Assembly (NCBI RefSeq): GCF_009914755.1
Contig: NC_060928.1
Source: the human T2T-CHM13v2.0 reference genome, Homo sapiens
Length of the DNA stretch: 64,000 nucleotides
Reading direction: 5' to 3' (one strand)
Position numbers and translations under genes: made by a program
The notes under the pieces: generated by a model
The model's database searches: none
What the model saw: the letters and a program-made list of their open reading frames with translations, nothing else
What the model was told of the DNA's origin: nothing
In this document: positions 1-17,870 of the stretch, piece by piece
Layout of the letters: every line of letters starts with the position of its first letter
Numbering within the stretch: the first letter of the stretch is position 1

Positions 1-340
1 CAGGTGGTGCATATGGGCTCTGGCTGCAGTAGGTAGGGACAAGGAGATTTCCGGGTTTCCAGTGAAATGTTCAGATGAGGGCAGCAGCAGCAGCAATGAG
101 CAGGGAAAGCCTTCCCTCAGGGCACATGCAAGTTTTCTGTGGCCTTGCTGCTGGGGAGAGTGGAATTGCTGTCAGTGACAACAGCTATTGGCAGACAGCT
201 GAGAGCACCTGCTTTGGCCCTAGGCAGCAGTTGCAGGTGAGGAGCCTATCCTCAAGGTACATGTAAATGCATGGCAGCCCAACTGCTAGGACAGCAGAGT
301 TGCTGCCAGTGGCCTGTGCTTCAGTCTCAGTGGCAGCAGA
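1..340 (-). mobile_element. Probable old L1 5'UTR fragment (runs off window)
   Basis: GC-richer block with an internally repeated unit (ggcagcag...agcct(t/a)(c/t)cctca(g/a)gg(c/t)acatg near 80-130 and 223-263), resembling old L1 5'UTR repeats; no diagnostic match. Confidence 0.3.
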
Positions 341-1370
341 AAGAAACGGGAAAGAGGCTAGGAGAAGACCTAGAAAGAGAGATCCTCTGGAACACCGAGC
401 TGTGGTGAAAAAGAACAGCCCCAGATTTCAAAACTTAAAAGAAAGACATCTTTTCTCCTCATAGCTCTCAGGAATTTATCTCTAACTGTACAAATGTGAT
501 TCAAAGAATCTTGCCTGAGTCACCAGTTTTCTATCTGCTTATAGATATCCAATACAGATTGTACAGAATGTAAGGGTACAAAAGGGAAATAAAGTCCAGT
601 ATTTTCATTAATGATATCAAAATATTTCATATTTTGCCATAGAAAAATACAGAAAATAGAAAACACAATTTTTTTCCTTATGAGACAAAGAACAAAATGT
701 ACAAATAGAAGATAAAATTTGAAAATTACGATTTTATCTAGCTTAAATTTGGAAACCTTCAGCTGGGAGCATCTACTAGACCCTACACAGGAATTTGACC
801 ACAACTTTGCTTTAAATGATGTATTAATTTTAAATTGAACTATTTTTTAAAAACCTCTTTGGTAAATGAATCTCATTCCTAAAAGATTTATTCATCAAAG
901 CTCCATTGTATTTCCAGTGTTCTTGGAGCTGTGGGAAATATTACAAGAGCAATCAGAAATTAAATTCAATTGTTTCTTCTGCTTAGTGGGGAGAATTTAA
1001 CTACTGTGTCTACATAATTTCTTATTTTCTCATGTAGGAGACCCAGGCTTGATAATATTCTGATTAATGGTTCAGTATATTTGAGAATCCAAAGACAAAA
1101 TACTAAAACGAAGTCAATCAAAACCCCCTTTCCCTGAATTTTTGCAGGAACAATTAATCTCAATTGAGACTAAAAGCCAAAGGGGAATAGCTAGCACATT
1201 ATTAGTTCAGTTTTATATACTTTGATGAAAAGCTCATTATTTTCTTCTGATTAATTAGTATGCATCACTCAAAGATGTGAAAAATATTTAAAAAGTTAAA
1301 GTGAAGATATTTTTAAAGAAACCTTTTGTTCCTCAGTTTAGTTTATTTGTTACACTAAAAACAGCAATAA

Positions 1371-2662
1371 TTTTTGCTTTCCATTTGTTTGTTAAATTTT
1401 CCTCCATCCCTTTATTTTGAGCCTATGTGTGTCTTTGCACGTGAGATGGGTCTCCTAAATACAGCACACCGATGGGTCTTGACCCTTTATCCAATTTGCC
1501 ATTCTGTGTCTTTTAATTGGGGCATTTAGCCTATTTACATTACAGGTTAATATTGTTATGTGTGAATTTGATCCTGTCATTATGATGCTAGATGGTTGTT
1601 GATGCAGTTTCTTCATAGTGTCAATGTTCTTTACAATTTGGTATGTTTTTGCAGTGGCTGGTACCGGTTGTTCCTTTCCATTTTTACTGCTTCCTTCGGG
1701 AGCTCTTGTAAGGCAGGCCTGGTGGTAACAAAATCCCTCAGCATTTGCTTGTCTGTAAAGGATTTTATTTCTCCTTTGCTTATAAAGCTTAGTTTGGATG
1801 CATATGAGATTCTGGCTTGAAAATTCTTTAAGAATGTTGAATATTGGCCCCCACTCTCTTCTGGCTTGTAGGGTTTCTGCAGAGAGATCTGCTGTTAGTC
1901 TGATGGGCTTCCCTTTGTGGTTTCATTCTCCTCGTCACATTCAGGTACACCAATCAAATGTAGATTTGGTCTTTTCACATAGTCCCATATTTCTTGGAGG
2001 CTTTGTTCCTTTTTATTCTTTTTTCTCTAATTTTCTCTTCTCTCTTTATTTCATTAAGTTGATATTCAATCACTGATATCCTTTCTTCTGCTTGATTGAT
2101 TTAGCTATTAAAACTTGTGTATGCTTCACAAAGTTCTCTTGCTGTGTCTTTCTGCTCCACCAGGTCATTTATGTTCTTTTCTACACTGGTTATTCTAGTT
2201 AGCAATTCATCTAACATTTTTTCAAGGTTCTTAGCTTCCTTGCATTGGGTTAGAACATGTTCCTTTAGCTCGGAGGAGATTGTTATTACCCATCTTCTGA
2301 AGCCTTCTTCTGACAATTCGTCAAACTCATTCTCCATCTTCAAACTCATTGCTGGTGAGGAGTTGTGATCCTTTCCAGGAGAAGAGGCATTCTGGTTTTT
2401 GGAATTTTCAGCCTTTTTGTGCTGCTTTCTCCTCATCTTCATGGATTTGTCTATCTTTGGTCTTTGATGTTGGTGACCTTCAGACAGGGTCTTTGAATCG
2501 ACGTGCTATTCCTTTCTGTTTGTTAGTTTTCCTTCTGACAGTCAGGCCCTCTGCTGCCAGTCTGCTGGAGTTTGCTGGAGCTCCACTCCCAACCCTGTTT
2601 GCCTGGGTATCACCAGCGGAGGCTGCAGAACAGCAAAGGTTGCTGCCCGATCTTTCCTCTGG

Positions 2663-2666
<4 letters not shown>
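1371..2666 (-). mobile_element. L1PA7/8-like element, inverted 5' segment (part of 5'UTR, ORF1, ORF2 start)
   Basis: Minus-strand ORF1 remnants (2101..2442 ENEFDELSEEGFRRWVITISSELKEHVLTQCKEAKNLEK); reverse complement of ORF2 N-terminus ends at 1371; ~200 bp internal deletion near 1920. Confidence 0.9.
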
Positions 2667-6397
<3,731 letters not shown>

Positions 6398-6399
6398 AA

Positions 6400-7282
6400 A
6401 TACCCAAGGACCTGCACCGGCAGCAGTCTCTGATTTCCCTCAGTTTTTATTGATTATTATTTTCATTATTTCAGCAAAAAGGAATGTAGTAGGAGAGCAG
6501 GGTGATAATAAAGAGAAGATCAGCAAAAAACACGTGAGCAAAAGAATCTATGTCATAATTAAGTTCAAGGGAAGGTACTATGACTGGATGTGCACGTAGG
6601 CCAGATTTATGTTTCTCTCCATCCAAACATCTCAGCGGAGTAAAGAATAACAAGGCAGCATTGCTGCAAACATGTCTCGCCTCCCACAGTAGGGCGGTTT
6701 TTCTTTCATCTCAGAATTGAACAAATGTACAATCGGGTTTTATACCGAGACATTCAGTTCCCAGGGGCAGGCAGGAGACAGTGGCCTTCCTCTATCTCAA
6801 CTGCAAGAGGCTTTCCTCTTTTACTAATACACCTCAGCACAGACCCTTTATGGGTGTTGGGCTGGGGGATGGTCAGGTCTTTCTCATCCCACAAGGCCAT
6901 ATTTCAGACTATCACATGGGGAGAAACCTTGGACAATACCCCGCTTTCAAGGGCAGAGGTCCCTGCGGCTTTCCGCAGTGCATTGTGCCCCTGGTTTATT
7001 GAGACTAGAGAATGGCGATGACTTTTACCAAGTATACTGCTTGTAAACATTTTGTTAACAAGGCACGTCCTGCACAGCCCTAGATCCCTTAAACCTTGAT
7101 TTCATACAACACGTTTTTGTGAGCTCCAGGTTGGGTCAAAGTGGCTGGGGCAAAGCTGCAAATTAACGACATCTCAGCAAAGCAATTGTTTAAAGTACAG
7201 ATCTTTTTCAAAATGGAGTCTCTTATGTCTTTCCTTTCTACATAGACCAGTAACAGTCTGATCTCTCCTTCTTTTCCCTGCA
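6400..7282 (-). mobile_element. HERV-K(HML-2) LTR5 (LTR5A/B-like), U5 end deleted
   Basis: Ends ...cagtaacagtctgatctctccttcttttccctgca (reverse complement of LTR5 start); internal ggacctgcaccggc and cagcaaaaaggaatgtagtagg typical of older LTR5; no HML-2 internal sequence seen. Confidence 0.88.
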
Positions 7283-7283
7283 T

Positions 7284-7362
7284 GTTAACTTACCCAGGTC
7301 ATATCACCAGTGACATAGCAGAAATTTGAACCAAGTCCAAATATTTAAAAGTCCAAACTCTT
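7284..7362 (-). mobile_element. MIR fragment
   Basis: aacttacccaggtcatatc...agcagaaatttgaaccaagtc resembles antisense MIR core. Confidence 0.5.
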
Positions 7363-9289
7363 CCTGATTTCCACATTTCCTAGGTAGATAGATAATGGCC
7401 TGAAAGAAGTCACTCCAGAAGAAAAAAGGAAAAGGAATCTGCTTAGAGATAGAACAGAGGAGGTATCAGCAGATGCTGCATAAAGACAAGATGTGTGAAG
7501 GTTAAACTTCACCATCTCACAATTGGCCTTAAGTGGTCTTCACTACTCAATATCATCACATGTGATACCATTGGAACATAGTTGACTCTGGGTAGGTTGA
7601 TATAAAATATCAAAGCCAGATATATATGTAGGGAATTACTTCACCCACTATGTTCCTCAGAAAACACAATCAGATAGACTATTATAATTATGGAAATTTT
7701 TATCTTTTTGTTCCTCAGCAGATTAAATTAGAGTTTGTGTGTGTATGCGTGTGTGGGTGTCTTTAATCACGGTAATAATTACAGTGGTATTAAGTAGATA
7801 CTAGCATTTGTATTTTCAAATTATTGCGGTATAAGATGGAAAAATACCCACACCAGTAAAAAGTCTTTTAAAAAACTTAAAGTTCTATTTGAAATGTCTC
7901 TACTGCAGAGTTAAAAGAGAAACTTTAAAAGAGAGTAATACAATCATGATTCTGTTACAGATATAAAACACAAAGATTTTAATTCATTAATTAATGAAGA
8001 AACCAGGCCAATGTTGTAACCTTGTTCAAAGGAGAAATCAAAGAATCATTTGTATATATAAAGTAAGGGAATGTTGAAATGAATTTACAAATGGACCCAA
8101 AAGTGGCTTTCTCCACCAGAAAAAATTTGTTTGAATGTTTATAGACAAGAATTACGTGCATTGCTATGAGGTATCTACAAATTACAGGATTATAAAATAG
8201 CTCAAAGGCAAAGAAAGGTACAGGGTCCCTTACAGAATCAGATAATTTCCCAGAGGCTGTAGCATTCCACTAAAAGGATATCCAAGTAGTCTTTTTAGTT
8301 TATTCCAAAGTCTTATATTTTCCCTTACAAGATACCTGGTAATTGCTACAAAATAGATTTTCTAAAACAGCAATTTTAAAACAGAGGAGCAATTCTTCTG
8401 AAAAGAATCCTATTTATGCCTAACCACGTTGTTGTCTTGCTTGGTTTCCTCCAGCAGTTGAAAAATGTGCTAAATAATTTAAAAGTAGACACAAAGACTA
8501 CTTGTTTAATGCCTATTTAGAAACTGCCGTGTCAAAATTTTTGTTATTGGAGCCATCTCTGCAGTTGCATAGAAACATGAAGAGACTCAAGGTAGAGTAG
8601 GCATGGAGCCAGGAGGTGATATTGGGTTCAAAGTCCACCCTGGTGACTCAGTCTGGGGAAAAAGAGGGAAGACAGGTTCAAAGTCTGCAACTGGAAGTCT
8701 GCATTTAAGTTCACCGGAAGGAAAAAAAAATGTAAGAGATATATGAGTAATCAGAATACAATGATGTTTCCCAAAGAGTTGTTGGAGAACACCTACCTCT
8801 TGAAATAGGTAAGATGACCTTGGGGTCTATAGAAATGCATAGCCTAAAAATATTGATTTTTATGGTGATTCCGTTCTTTTATTGTTTTCAACTGTCTCTC
8901 AATGCATTTAACATTCTCATGGAGAGTCTCCAGTTCATGCTAGCATATACTTAACATATCTCTATCATTTGCCAACTTTTTTTCATAATAATAATAATAA
9001 AGTAGGCCTAGGCTTCAGAGTCTTTGACTTGGCAACATGAAAGCAACTTATTTAGCTAGAATTTCATATTGCTTTGTTTTAATGTACTTATAGTCAGTTA
9101 TCTTCCACTGGGAAAGAAGTGCTAATTTTCTACTTATGATAATGATAGAAAGTTCTTAGATATTTTTAATTTGGGTAAGAAAGTGAATATATTAAAAATA
9201 CCTAAAAATATTAACAAGTGGTAGCCAGGCATGGTAAAATAAGATGGTTGCCTAGGATGACTGAAGTTTGGGAAACACTGGTGAAGAAG

Positions 9290-9425
9290 AAAGAGGGCCA
9301 GGCCAGGAATCAGAAAACAGCAGGATTTCGTCCAACTTTAAGGACTTACCTAGCTATGTGACCCACTGCAGAGGTCATTCATGTCTTCAAAACTGAGGTT
9401 TTCTTATGTTTAAAATGAGGACTGA
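9290..9425 (+). mobile_element. MIR fragment
   Basis: acttacctagctatgtgacc...ttttcttatgtttaaaatgagg. Confidence 0.55.
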
Positions 9426-10959
9426 AAGCTCTGCCCTTCTCCTTTCACTGTGCTCCCAGAATAACATGAGAAAACACACCCAAAGGTATTTTGCAAAGTC
9501 CTAGACAGCCACACAGGCAGGAGGACACAGACAGGAGGAAAGTTTCCATTTTCAGGCAAGGAGTCGTTGTCATCATCACACTGTTTAAAGACAAACAGGT
9601 GGAGAAGGGAATTTGGTTCAGGCTGAGTAGCCAAGAGTAGCACCTCAGGAGCAGCCATTGAAAAATACAAGCATCCATTGAAAAATACAAGCTCTTTTCC
9701 CGCTACTTTGGACTTGCCCTCTTCTTAGCATTGGCAAGTGAGAACTGGTAGGAGGTTTTCCTAAGAGCAGGTACTACAGTGCCCCTAACTGAAAATTTCA
9801 GCCAATGCAAAGAATCTAGGTTCCCCAAGCAATTCCTACAATGTCTAACAAGGACAGATTGGTGTCACATTTCAGAATGATTAGCTCATAGGGATAAAAC
9901 CCTACATCTGACTGGTAGAACATTAACAGTAAAGAAATCATGGTCTTAGTGTCTTGAGCTCAGGAAATTCCAAAAGTCAGTGGAGCAGATTAGAAGGAAA
10001 GTTCTAGAAATGAAATGACATTGGAGTTCCTAAAAGAAAAGAGAAAGATCAAATTATAGGGCTTGCACTGAGTTTCAAAGAGGATTGGCAAGATGGGTTG
10101 TAGAATTAAATGACAGGCAGAGTGTGTATGTGGAGAAGGGTTGGTGTAAATGTATGTGTGTTGGTGTGTGTGTACACATGCATGAGAGAGAGAGGAGGGA
10201 AGAAACAGAGGGCTATTGATGCAAACCTATAGCCTAATTAATTAACCACGACAGAAAAAGAAATTCCTCCTACCCTTGCAAGTTGTCTTGTCTTCCTCTG
10301 AATACAAAGTGTATACCAACAGAATCCACCAGCCAACCAGAACAGGTAAGATATGCAAGAAAGGCAGGAGCATTAAGGTGTTATATTTATAGGCTCGTTT
10401 TTATAAAAGTTTCAAAAATCAAACAGATAGTTATTTCAAAATGGCATAGTGATTATATTTTATCATTGAGATTTTTGTGTGATAATATCTTTCTTTTTTA
10501 TACTCTATGCCTCTGAGTAATCCTTTTTTACTCTATTTTGGTAAAATTGCATAATTTTGGATTCATTCTTCTTTCTGAAGATTTCTCAATAGCGTTGGCA
10601 TTGTATTTATTGGTACCCACCACAATGCAGTACCTTTTGTGCTGTCACTCTGTTCTTGAGTTGTTTCTATGAGTTTCATGTTATCTTATCTTAGTTTCAT
10701 TTATCTAAAGTAATAAGTGACAGTGGAATTTCTCCTAGATGCCTATTTTAATATACCAGAAATTTGAAGAATAAACATGTGACAAAGTGAAATCCAGACT
10801 ATGTAATATACTTATACTTTAAAAATTTGATAGTTTTCCTAATCAAGGCCTTCTTTAAAAATCAGCACTGGGATATTTTATTCATGAACTCTTGTTGTCT
10901 AATTCTAATCAGGCAATAAAAGGAACAAATGAGTACTTTTCTAAATGTAGTCATGTAAA

Positions 10960-11640
10960 CAACAGAATCTGCCAGTTCCATCTAGGGTCATTTTCATCAA
11001 GCATTTGTATAAATAATCGAGAAGGGGGAGAAACAATATAATCATATTTGTAGGTTGGAAGATGATGCTAAGTCCTGGGAAAGTAAAGAACAAACTAGCA
11101 AACACTGATAGATAGACCATGAAGCTAGCTGAATCCCCGACAGGAGGTTTCTGGATGTCAGATCAGTAACAAGTACCTTCTTGGTAGGTAGTATTCTAAA
11201 TGCTTAAAATATGGAACAGTAGAAGATAAACTTCTTAGTATCTGTAAATTCCACAGTGACTGTGACAATCCTAGCTATAACTTTTATCTTAACAAGTGGT
11301 AACCATAATAGTATACATTTGAAATCGTGAGTTACACATAGACATTTGGGAGTATAGAAGTGGATGCTGTGGTAGCTATAAACCTGTCTGGAAGAAGGTA
11401 CTAAAGATGAAATGGCCACTTCTATGGTACAAAACCAGGAGGTAAATGAAATCACTGAAGATTCATATTAAAAATTGGAGAAGAAAAATAGATGTGTGTC
11501 TCTAAGAGAGGGGAAATAATTGAAAAGTATAAAGGAAATGCTCAAGATTAGCAACTCCTATGTAACTATGAGGTGTTTCTAACATGTTGAAAGTGAGGTA
11601 TGTTTTAGGGATTATTTTTTAGTTGTCTGGAATAAATACA
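10960..11640 (+). mobile_element. Highly decayed CR1/L3 LINE remnant
   Basis: ttggaagatgatgctaag (LEDDAK) resembles the CR1 RT FADDTK motif, followed by CR1-like sequence. Confidence 0.4.
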
Positions 11641-11768
11641 AGAGGCTTTGCCTACTTGCCCAATACAAAAGACATTTGAATTTTGTTTGTGTGTGGATAA
11701 AAACATTAAGCAACACCAATTCCCAAGCCACAGACTGCCCTGACCCTAGATGGTCATCAGCAGACCAA

Positions 11769-12324
11769 GAAGCCAAGAACATAACGGCTACCTGTGACCC
11801 CTGCTGTGGCTGCTACCTAGCAGCAGCTGCCATTTTCAGGGACTGCATGTCCATGAGGGAGGTGGACAAGAAAATGCTTAACATCCAAAACAAGCACAGG
11901 AGCTACTTTGCTCATTGGGTCCCCCCATAATGTGAAATGTAGCCACTTCCAGAGCTAAAAATGTCCTCCACCTTCATCAGCAACAACACAGCCATCCAGG
12001 AGCTGTTTAAGCGCATCTTGGAGCAGCTCACTGTCATACGCAGGTGCAAGGCCTCCCTGCACTGGTACATGGGTGAGGGCATGAATGAGATGGATGAGTA
12101 CATTGAGGCTGAGAGCAACATGAATGACCTGGTGCCCAAGTACCAACAGTACCAGGATGCCATGGCCAAGGAAGACAGAGTTTGAGGAAGAGGTGGCCTA
12201 GAGCCTTCTCTTACTGGGTAAAGGGTAGAAGCGATGTGAATTCTTTATTTACTCACAATGTGTTCTATGATATCCATGTCTCACTGTTTGCGCACTTGCT
12301 GTGTGTTCATCTCTATTAAAGCAT
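11769..12324 (+). pseudogene. 5'-truncated beta-tubulin pseudogene (TUBB8/TUBB4B lineage), about residue 295 to the end plus 3'UTR
   Basis: [37 protein letters not shown]; [45 protein letters not shown]; terminal EFEEEVA* (gaggtggcctag); ATTAAA at 12315-12320; frameshifts and deletions. Confidence 0.93.
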
Positions 12325-12359
12325 ATATATGCTTCATGCATATATATATATATATATAT
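12323..12359. repeat. (TA)n microsatellite at the pseudogene 3' end
   Basis: atatatatgcttcatgcatatatatatatatatatat. Confidence 0.85.
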
Positions 12360-12664
12360 GTTGATCTGTAGCCTTGTCTTGCCATATAATCACTAGAAGT
12401 ATTCACAGCATCAAAAAAATTATTCTGTGCTCTGTTTGCTCATTCTGATAATGGTGATAGAGAGTTTTTTTCTTATCTTCCATGATGTGGCCTAGTTTGA
12501 AGTTGTTTCTAATTTAGTATCCATAGCCTTCCATGACATTACACTATTTTTTTTCTCTCTACCTCTCTGCTTACTCCAATTAATTTTGGTCAAGTTCTCT
12601 GTTCTTATCATGTATCATAAGTAGCTTTTCCTGAGGGTTTGCCTTAGGCACGTTTTTTTTTTTT

Positions 12665-13600
12665 TTTCAGTCAGAATTCACTGAAGCAAACAGAATTTTC
12701 TCCAGCCAGGTTAACCAGGGAGGGATTTACTACAGGGTATTAAATTACCTGCAGAGCTACTGTGAAAGCTCAGAAGCAAACTTAAGATTGATGTTTTAGG
12801 AATATCTTCAAAATCATAAAAGGAGACACTGTCCCTTACACTCATGAAGCCACTTGTCAAACTGTGAAGGTGCCATCTATTGACTCCAGAACTAAACCCC
12901 CATTGCCACAGTCAGGAATCTAACAATAAAAATGGCAAAGCTTTGATCAGGAAGCTGCCCCAGTGGCGAAGATACTACCTCCAGATGGTGCTTAAAACAG
13001 AAATGACATATGAAACATTAGAATCTCCCCACTTTACTTCTACTTTCCAAATCTCACATAAAAGCATCTAATTGGTAAAACCCAAATCATATCCAGAATC
13101 CTAGTTGCAAGAGTATGGGAAAGGTAATTTTATGTTCCAGCCTCTGAAGAAAGAATAGCATACGAGACTAACATGAGATGGAGCTATACCCCACTGGCTA
13201 CTTAACACCCAGCACAACCTTCTACCCACACTTAACACCACTAGCAACAGCAATGTGCTCCTACCTAATGTGACAACACTATGTTTCACACCTATGAAAA
13301 CAATCTCATCTTCCCCTGTGAGGAGAAGACCCAAAATTCCATCAGTAACTGCATCCATCCAGTCACCACTGGGTGACACTCAATTCTTTCCTAGTTCAGT
13401 CACCATACTATTTGGACATCCTGTGCCTGTGGCCAAAATGATAAATTTGGCAATCATCAACATACTGTGTATCAAAGAGAAAAGGAAAAAGAAAGGGAAG
13501 AAGGGGAAAGCATATACAAAATATATGCTTCCTTTAAATACTTTCGTGTATATTAACATAATACATAATAAAGCATATAAGTAGCTACCACGGACCTTAT
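12665..13600 (-). mobile_element. Ancient LTR plus adjacent internal ERV/MaLR-like sequence
   Basis: gcatctaattggtaaaacccaaatcatatccagaatcctagttgcaagag resembles old MLT1N/LTR78-class LTRs; appears to interrupt L2. Confidence 0.4.
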
Positions 13601-14019
13601 TTCTGCAACTGTTCACAAAGTTGTAGCTGACATTTATAACCTCCTTCACTACCATAATCAGGAAGCTCCCAGGATCAGGAAGCAGCCTGTTCAGGATGCT
13701 ACCACCAAATCTAGACTTCCACATCCTTCATGGCTGGGCTCACCAGCAGCAACTGCAGGCACACAACCTTTATATCACTTTCATCTTCCAAATCTGGCAG
13801 AAATTCATCTGCTTTGGGAAATTTGTCTAAAACAGCAGCTTCCAATGAGAAAAATGTAGTTTCTAACTTTCTAGTTTCTGAAAAACAGGATAGATATTTG
13901 AGATAGCTACTGAGTGACAATTTATCATATCCATCATAGAACTCTCATTATTTCACAGACTGTCCTTCAGGCTCTTATCCGCTCTCCAGATTTCAAATAT
14001 AAGTCCACAAACCCTTGAG

Positions 14020-14323
14020 GACAAATGGTTTCAAACTTAGATTATCTTTTTGGATTTTAGAAATCTAAAACACTGTATTTACTGTATATTACTAACATTA
14101 ACATTAGGATCTGGGCAGCACCCACCCCATAACTGATCACATTAACCTTCCTAGAACAAAAGGTATAAATAATCATATTATTGGGATAAAGATTAAAAAA
14201 TACCTTAACTTAGTTCATATCAGACTTTGCTTCAAATGCATTTGCATGAAACTTAAAATCAAAATCACTTGGATTTTAGGGCTTTTGAGATTTGGAGTTG
14301 TGGATAAGGAATTATAGATCTGT
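14020..14323. mobile_element. MER46C-like TcMar-Tigger DNA transposon remnant
   Basis: Terminal tttggagttgtggataaggaattatagatctgta and internal tttggattttagaaat. Confidence 0.55.
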
Positions 14324-14329
14324 ACCAAC

Positions 14330-15310
14330 TATTATTGATAATTCCCAAATGTGTATTTTCAACCCTGAGCTCCAGATCCATATATGCTTATCTCTGCTTT
14401 CATTCTCATCCCCTGCCCCCATATAAACCTCAACATTCTTCAAACTGAAATCAAAACCCAGTCTTCCTCAAGTGTTCCCTGACTCAACGAGAGCCACTAA
14501 TATCTACCTATTATTTGAAGCCAGAATCCTACATGTTATCCAAGAAAATCCCTCTCTCTCTTATCTACATACAGAGTTAGTCACCCAGTCCTGTCAATCT
14601 TACTGGTGAAATACCTCTCCAATATACTGCCTGTTTCCCAACACCACAGCCACCTTTTCTGGTCACACCACTGTTATTTCTAGATAATTTAAGACAGCTT
14701 CCTACTTCCTTGCCTCCCACACCTGGTATCTTTTCTCCACACAATAACACAGTGACCCTGTCACTTCCCAGCTTGTAACATTTCCTGTCTCCCTACCAGG
14801 GACAGTTTCCCTCAGGAAAAAGTCCCACCTACCAAACATTGTTTGAGAGACCCTTCCTTGCTTGCTGCTGCCCCCTCACAGTCTGGGCTCCAGCCACACT
14901 GCACTCCCTGCAGGAGCCTGAGTTCCTCATGCAGTCTCCCACCTCAGATCTATTTCTTTCTCCCGGAACAAGCCTCTTGTCTTTGCCAGGCTAATTCCTA
15001 CTCAACTGTCAGGTCTCCACTTGGAAGTCACTCTCACTGAGCAGACAGTTCCTGACATATAGCTCCCAGACGAGAGCTTTATGTGTTTTCAAAGCAACTT
15101 ACATCTCCCTTCCTTCCCAGTGACTAAGCTGTATTTGCACATCCCCCTTGCCACCCCTAGCTTGTCCCCTATCTTGGGTTGTACCTTCTAGGAGAATAAG
15201 GGCTGTATTTTCCTCATGCATTGTTGTGACCAGTGCTTGCCATGTAGTAGATGCTTGCCATATAGTAGATGCTCATAACTATTTTAATATTGGTTATAAT
15301 GACAAATGAA
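14330..15310 (+). mobile_element. L2 LINE 3' region (upstream piece near 12520-12650)
   Basis: CT-rich L2 signature (tcccaaatgtgtatt..ctgagctccaga, aaacctcaacat), 3' end tagtagatgctca. Confidence 0.65.
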
Positions 15311-16160
15311 TATCTTTCCTTTCTTGTTCTTTTTCCACCCAACTCCAAATTCCTCTGTCCTTAGAAAAAAAGGAAAGAAAGTAATGTAAAGAGTGTAATT
15401 TGAGACACTCAAATTACATCTCAAAAAAACCCCAAAATAGAAGATGAATAAATCAATTACCAAAGTAGCCGCTTACTTCTCCCTCTGAGATACATCAGCA
15501 TAGAGATGAAGGCTGACATAAAAGCTTTGGTAAGAGGAACACAGAGAAAAAAATCTGAGAGAAGCAGCTAAAGAAATGTTCTGAATCTCAAAATAGCAAG
15601 TAATATGGGAAGACAGGGTGAAGGAACCCGCAGGGAGAAACATCACCTTTTACAGGCATAAAATTACATCAAGGCCAGCCTTTGAATGGCCAAGGGGAGC
15701 CAGGGGTTCTGAGAAGCTGCACTGGGACTGAGAATAGGCAAGCCTGCCGCAGCCTGGCTGCAAATTGCTCCTTCACGAGCCTGGCTGGGAGGAAAACTAT
15801 TTACACATGGGTGGTGAAGAAAACAGAAAATCTCAGAAAGGAGTCTGGATGATTCTTATGTTTGGGAGGTAGAATTTGAGAGAAAGAAAAAGTTTCCAAA
15901 GAAATTCATAATCCTATTTGGAAAAACATATCTGTGAATTAGAATTTTAACAAAACATGACTTGACCCCACAGAGGGTCTTCCTTTTACACCCCCTACAT
16001 GTTTAATAACATATTACAGAGGCATTAAAAAAGGAACTGGGTGGTAACCTGGGAGAATGAAAACATTGTCTTTAATTCAGGACTTAATGGGTAATTTTTG
16101 GCTTAGATTTTCATTATTTTTAAAGTGTTTTCAATAAAGTCATTTTTTTTTGTTTTTTAA

Positions 16161-16493
<333 letters not shown>

Positions 16494-17690
16494 CCACTTT
16501 TCTTAACAGTGTTTTTCTAGTTCTGACAGTCATTAGTAAAAGTAAGGTTGACTAAATAATAAGTTAAAAATGAAGTTAATAGAATGGGAAGCTGTTGGGG
16601 AGCATTTTATTCCTGCCACTTAAAAATCACTCATCATGATCATAAATTAGCAGGCAGTTACTTATCTCAGTATAGAAAGCTGAGCCTGACAGATTGAGTT
16701 GCCTTTTCCCACCCCCCCACTCTTCCCTAGCATATCTACCCATATTCATTGATTTTATGCAAGTTGGCAAGACAGAGGGTAATTATGTCTGTTCCTCAAC
16801 CTGACGGGACAACAGAGAACCTGCTAGAGAGTGAGAAGAAGCTAACACACTTCCAGGGGGGCTTTTTATCACATTTAGGGTAACCAAGTGCTGCTTAGGG
16901 GACTAAATAACCAAATACAAGATGGAATTGAGTAAGGGAGTTTGAGGGGGATCTCCCCACTTCTGCTTTGGGAAGAATAGGTCTCAGGCATCAGTGAAGA
17001 GGCAGTGGTGGAGGAGCTAGCTTAAATTTGGCAGCCAGCACAACTGAGACCCAACCTAAAGAAAGTCCCGAGGAGACAGAGGAGGCCTAGGGGATCCGAT
17101 GGAGTCCTAGGCAGCAGATGGAGGCTAATAAACCAAGGAAATTTACGTCTAGAATGTTAACGTTGGAAGAAAACTGGGGACATTTTGGTTATGTAAAGAT
17201 AAAGCACTTAAAATAATCTCAGATCCCAGGAAATTGACATTTTTCTCTGAGAGGAATATTGAAGACTTTATAATTTCCCCCTGGCAAACATTAGGCTGCC
17301 GATAGTTTTCTTTCTAAGTAAGGAAAGTTTGGATTTTATTCCAACTCAAAGTAGATAAATCTTTATCAAAAGAAAAAAATTAAATAATATAGATAAAAGA
17401 AGCAACAGAGAACAATGACAATTTTACCAACTATGGTGGGTAAAATAATTTTCCCTTCATATTGATTCTTATTTATCAGACTTGTAGAATATCAATTTAA
17501 ATGTGAAAATATAGTGTTCCTTTTATTTCAAAATGTGACTTCATCATTCCTAAAAAAAAGAGAGGTACTCTTGCATTTCAGAAATTAGCATTAATTCCCA
17601 TCTATTTGCTATGAAAGTAAAGCTTTAATATCCATATTTAACCACCTGCTATTGCATTTGCTTGTCCCAACAGCATTTGCAAACAAAGCC

Positions 17691-17870
17691 AGAGGTAGCA
17701 TGGCATAGCAGCCAGAGCACTGGAACAGGAATCATGCCAGCGTCTGGTTATAGCGCAGGTTCTACCAGAGTGACTTTGGGCAAGTTAATTACGCTTTGTG
17801 TGTCTGTTTATTCATCTATCACACACCACGGGTGGATTAGAAGAACCTAAAATTCTTCCATATCTTAATG
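17691..17870 (+). mobile_element. MIR
   Basis: gagtgactttgggcaagttaatt...tgtctgtttattcatct. Confidence 0.6.

Noticed and set aside
11961-12185. 74-aa tubulin-like ORF as a functional gene
   Set aside because: C-terminal fragment only, frameshifted, with many substitutions at invariant residues
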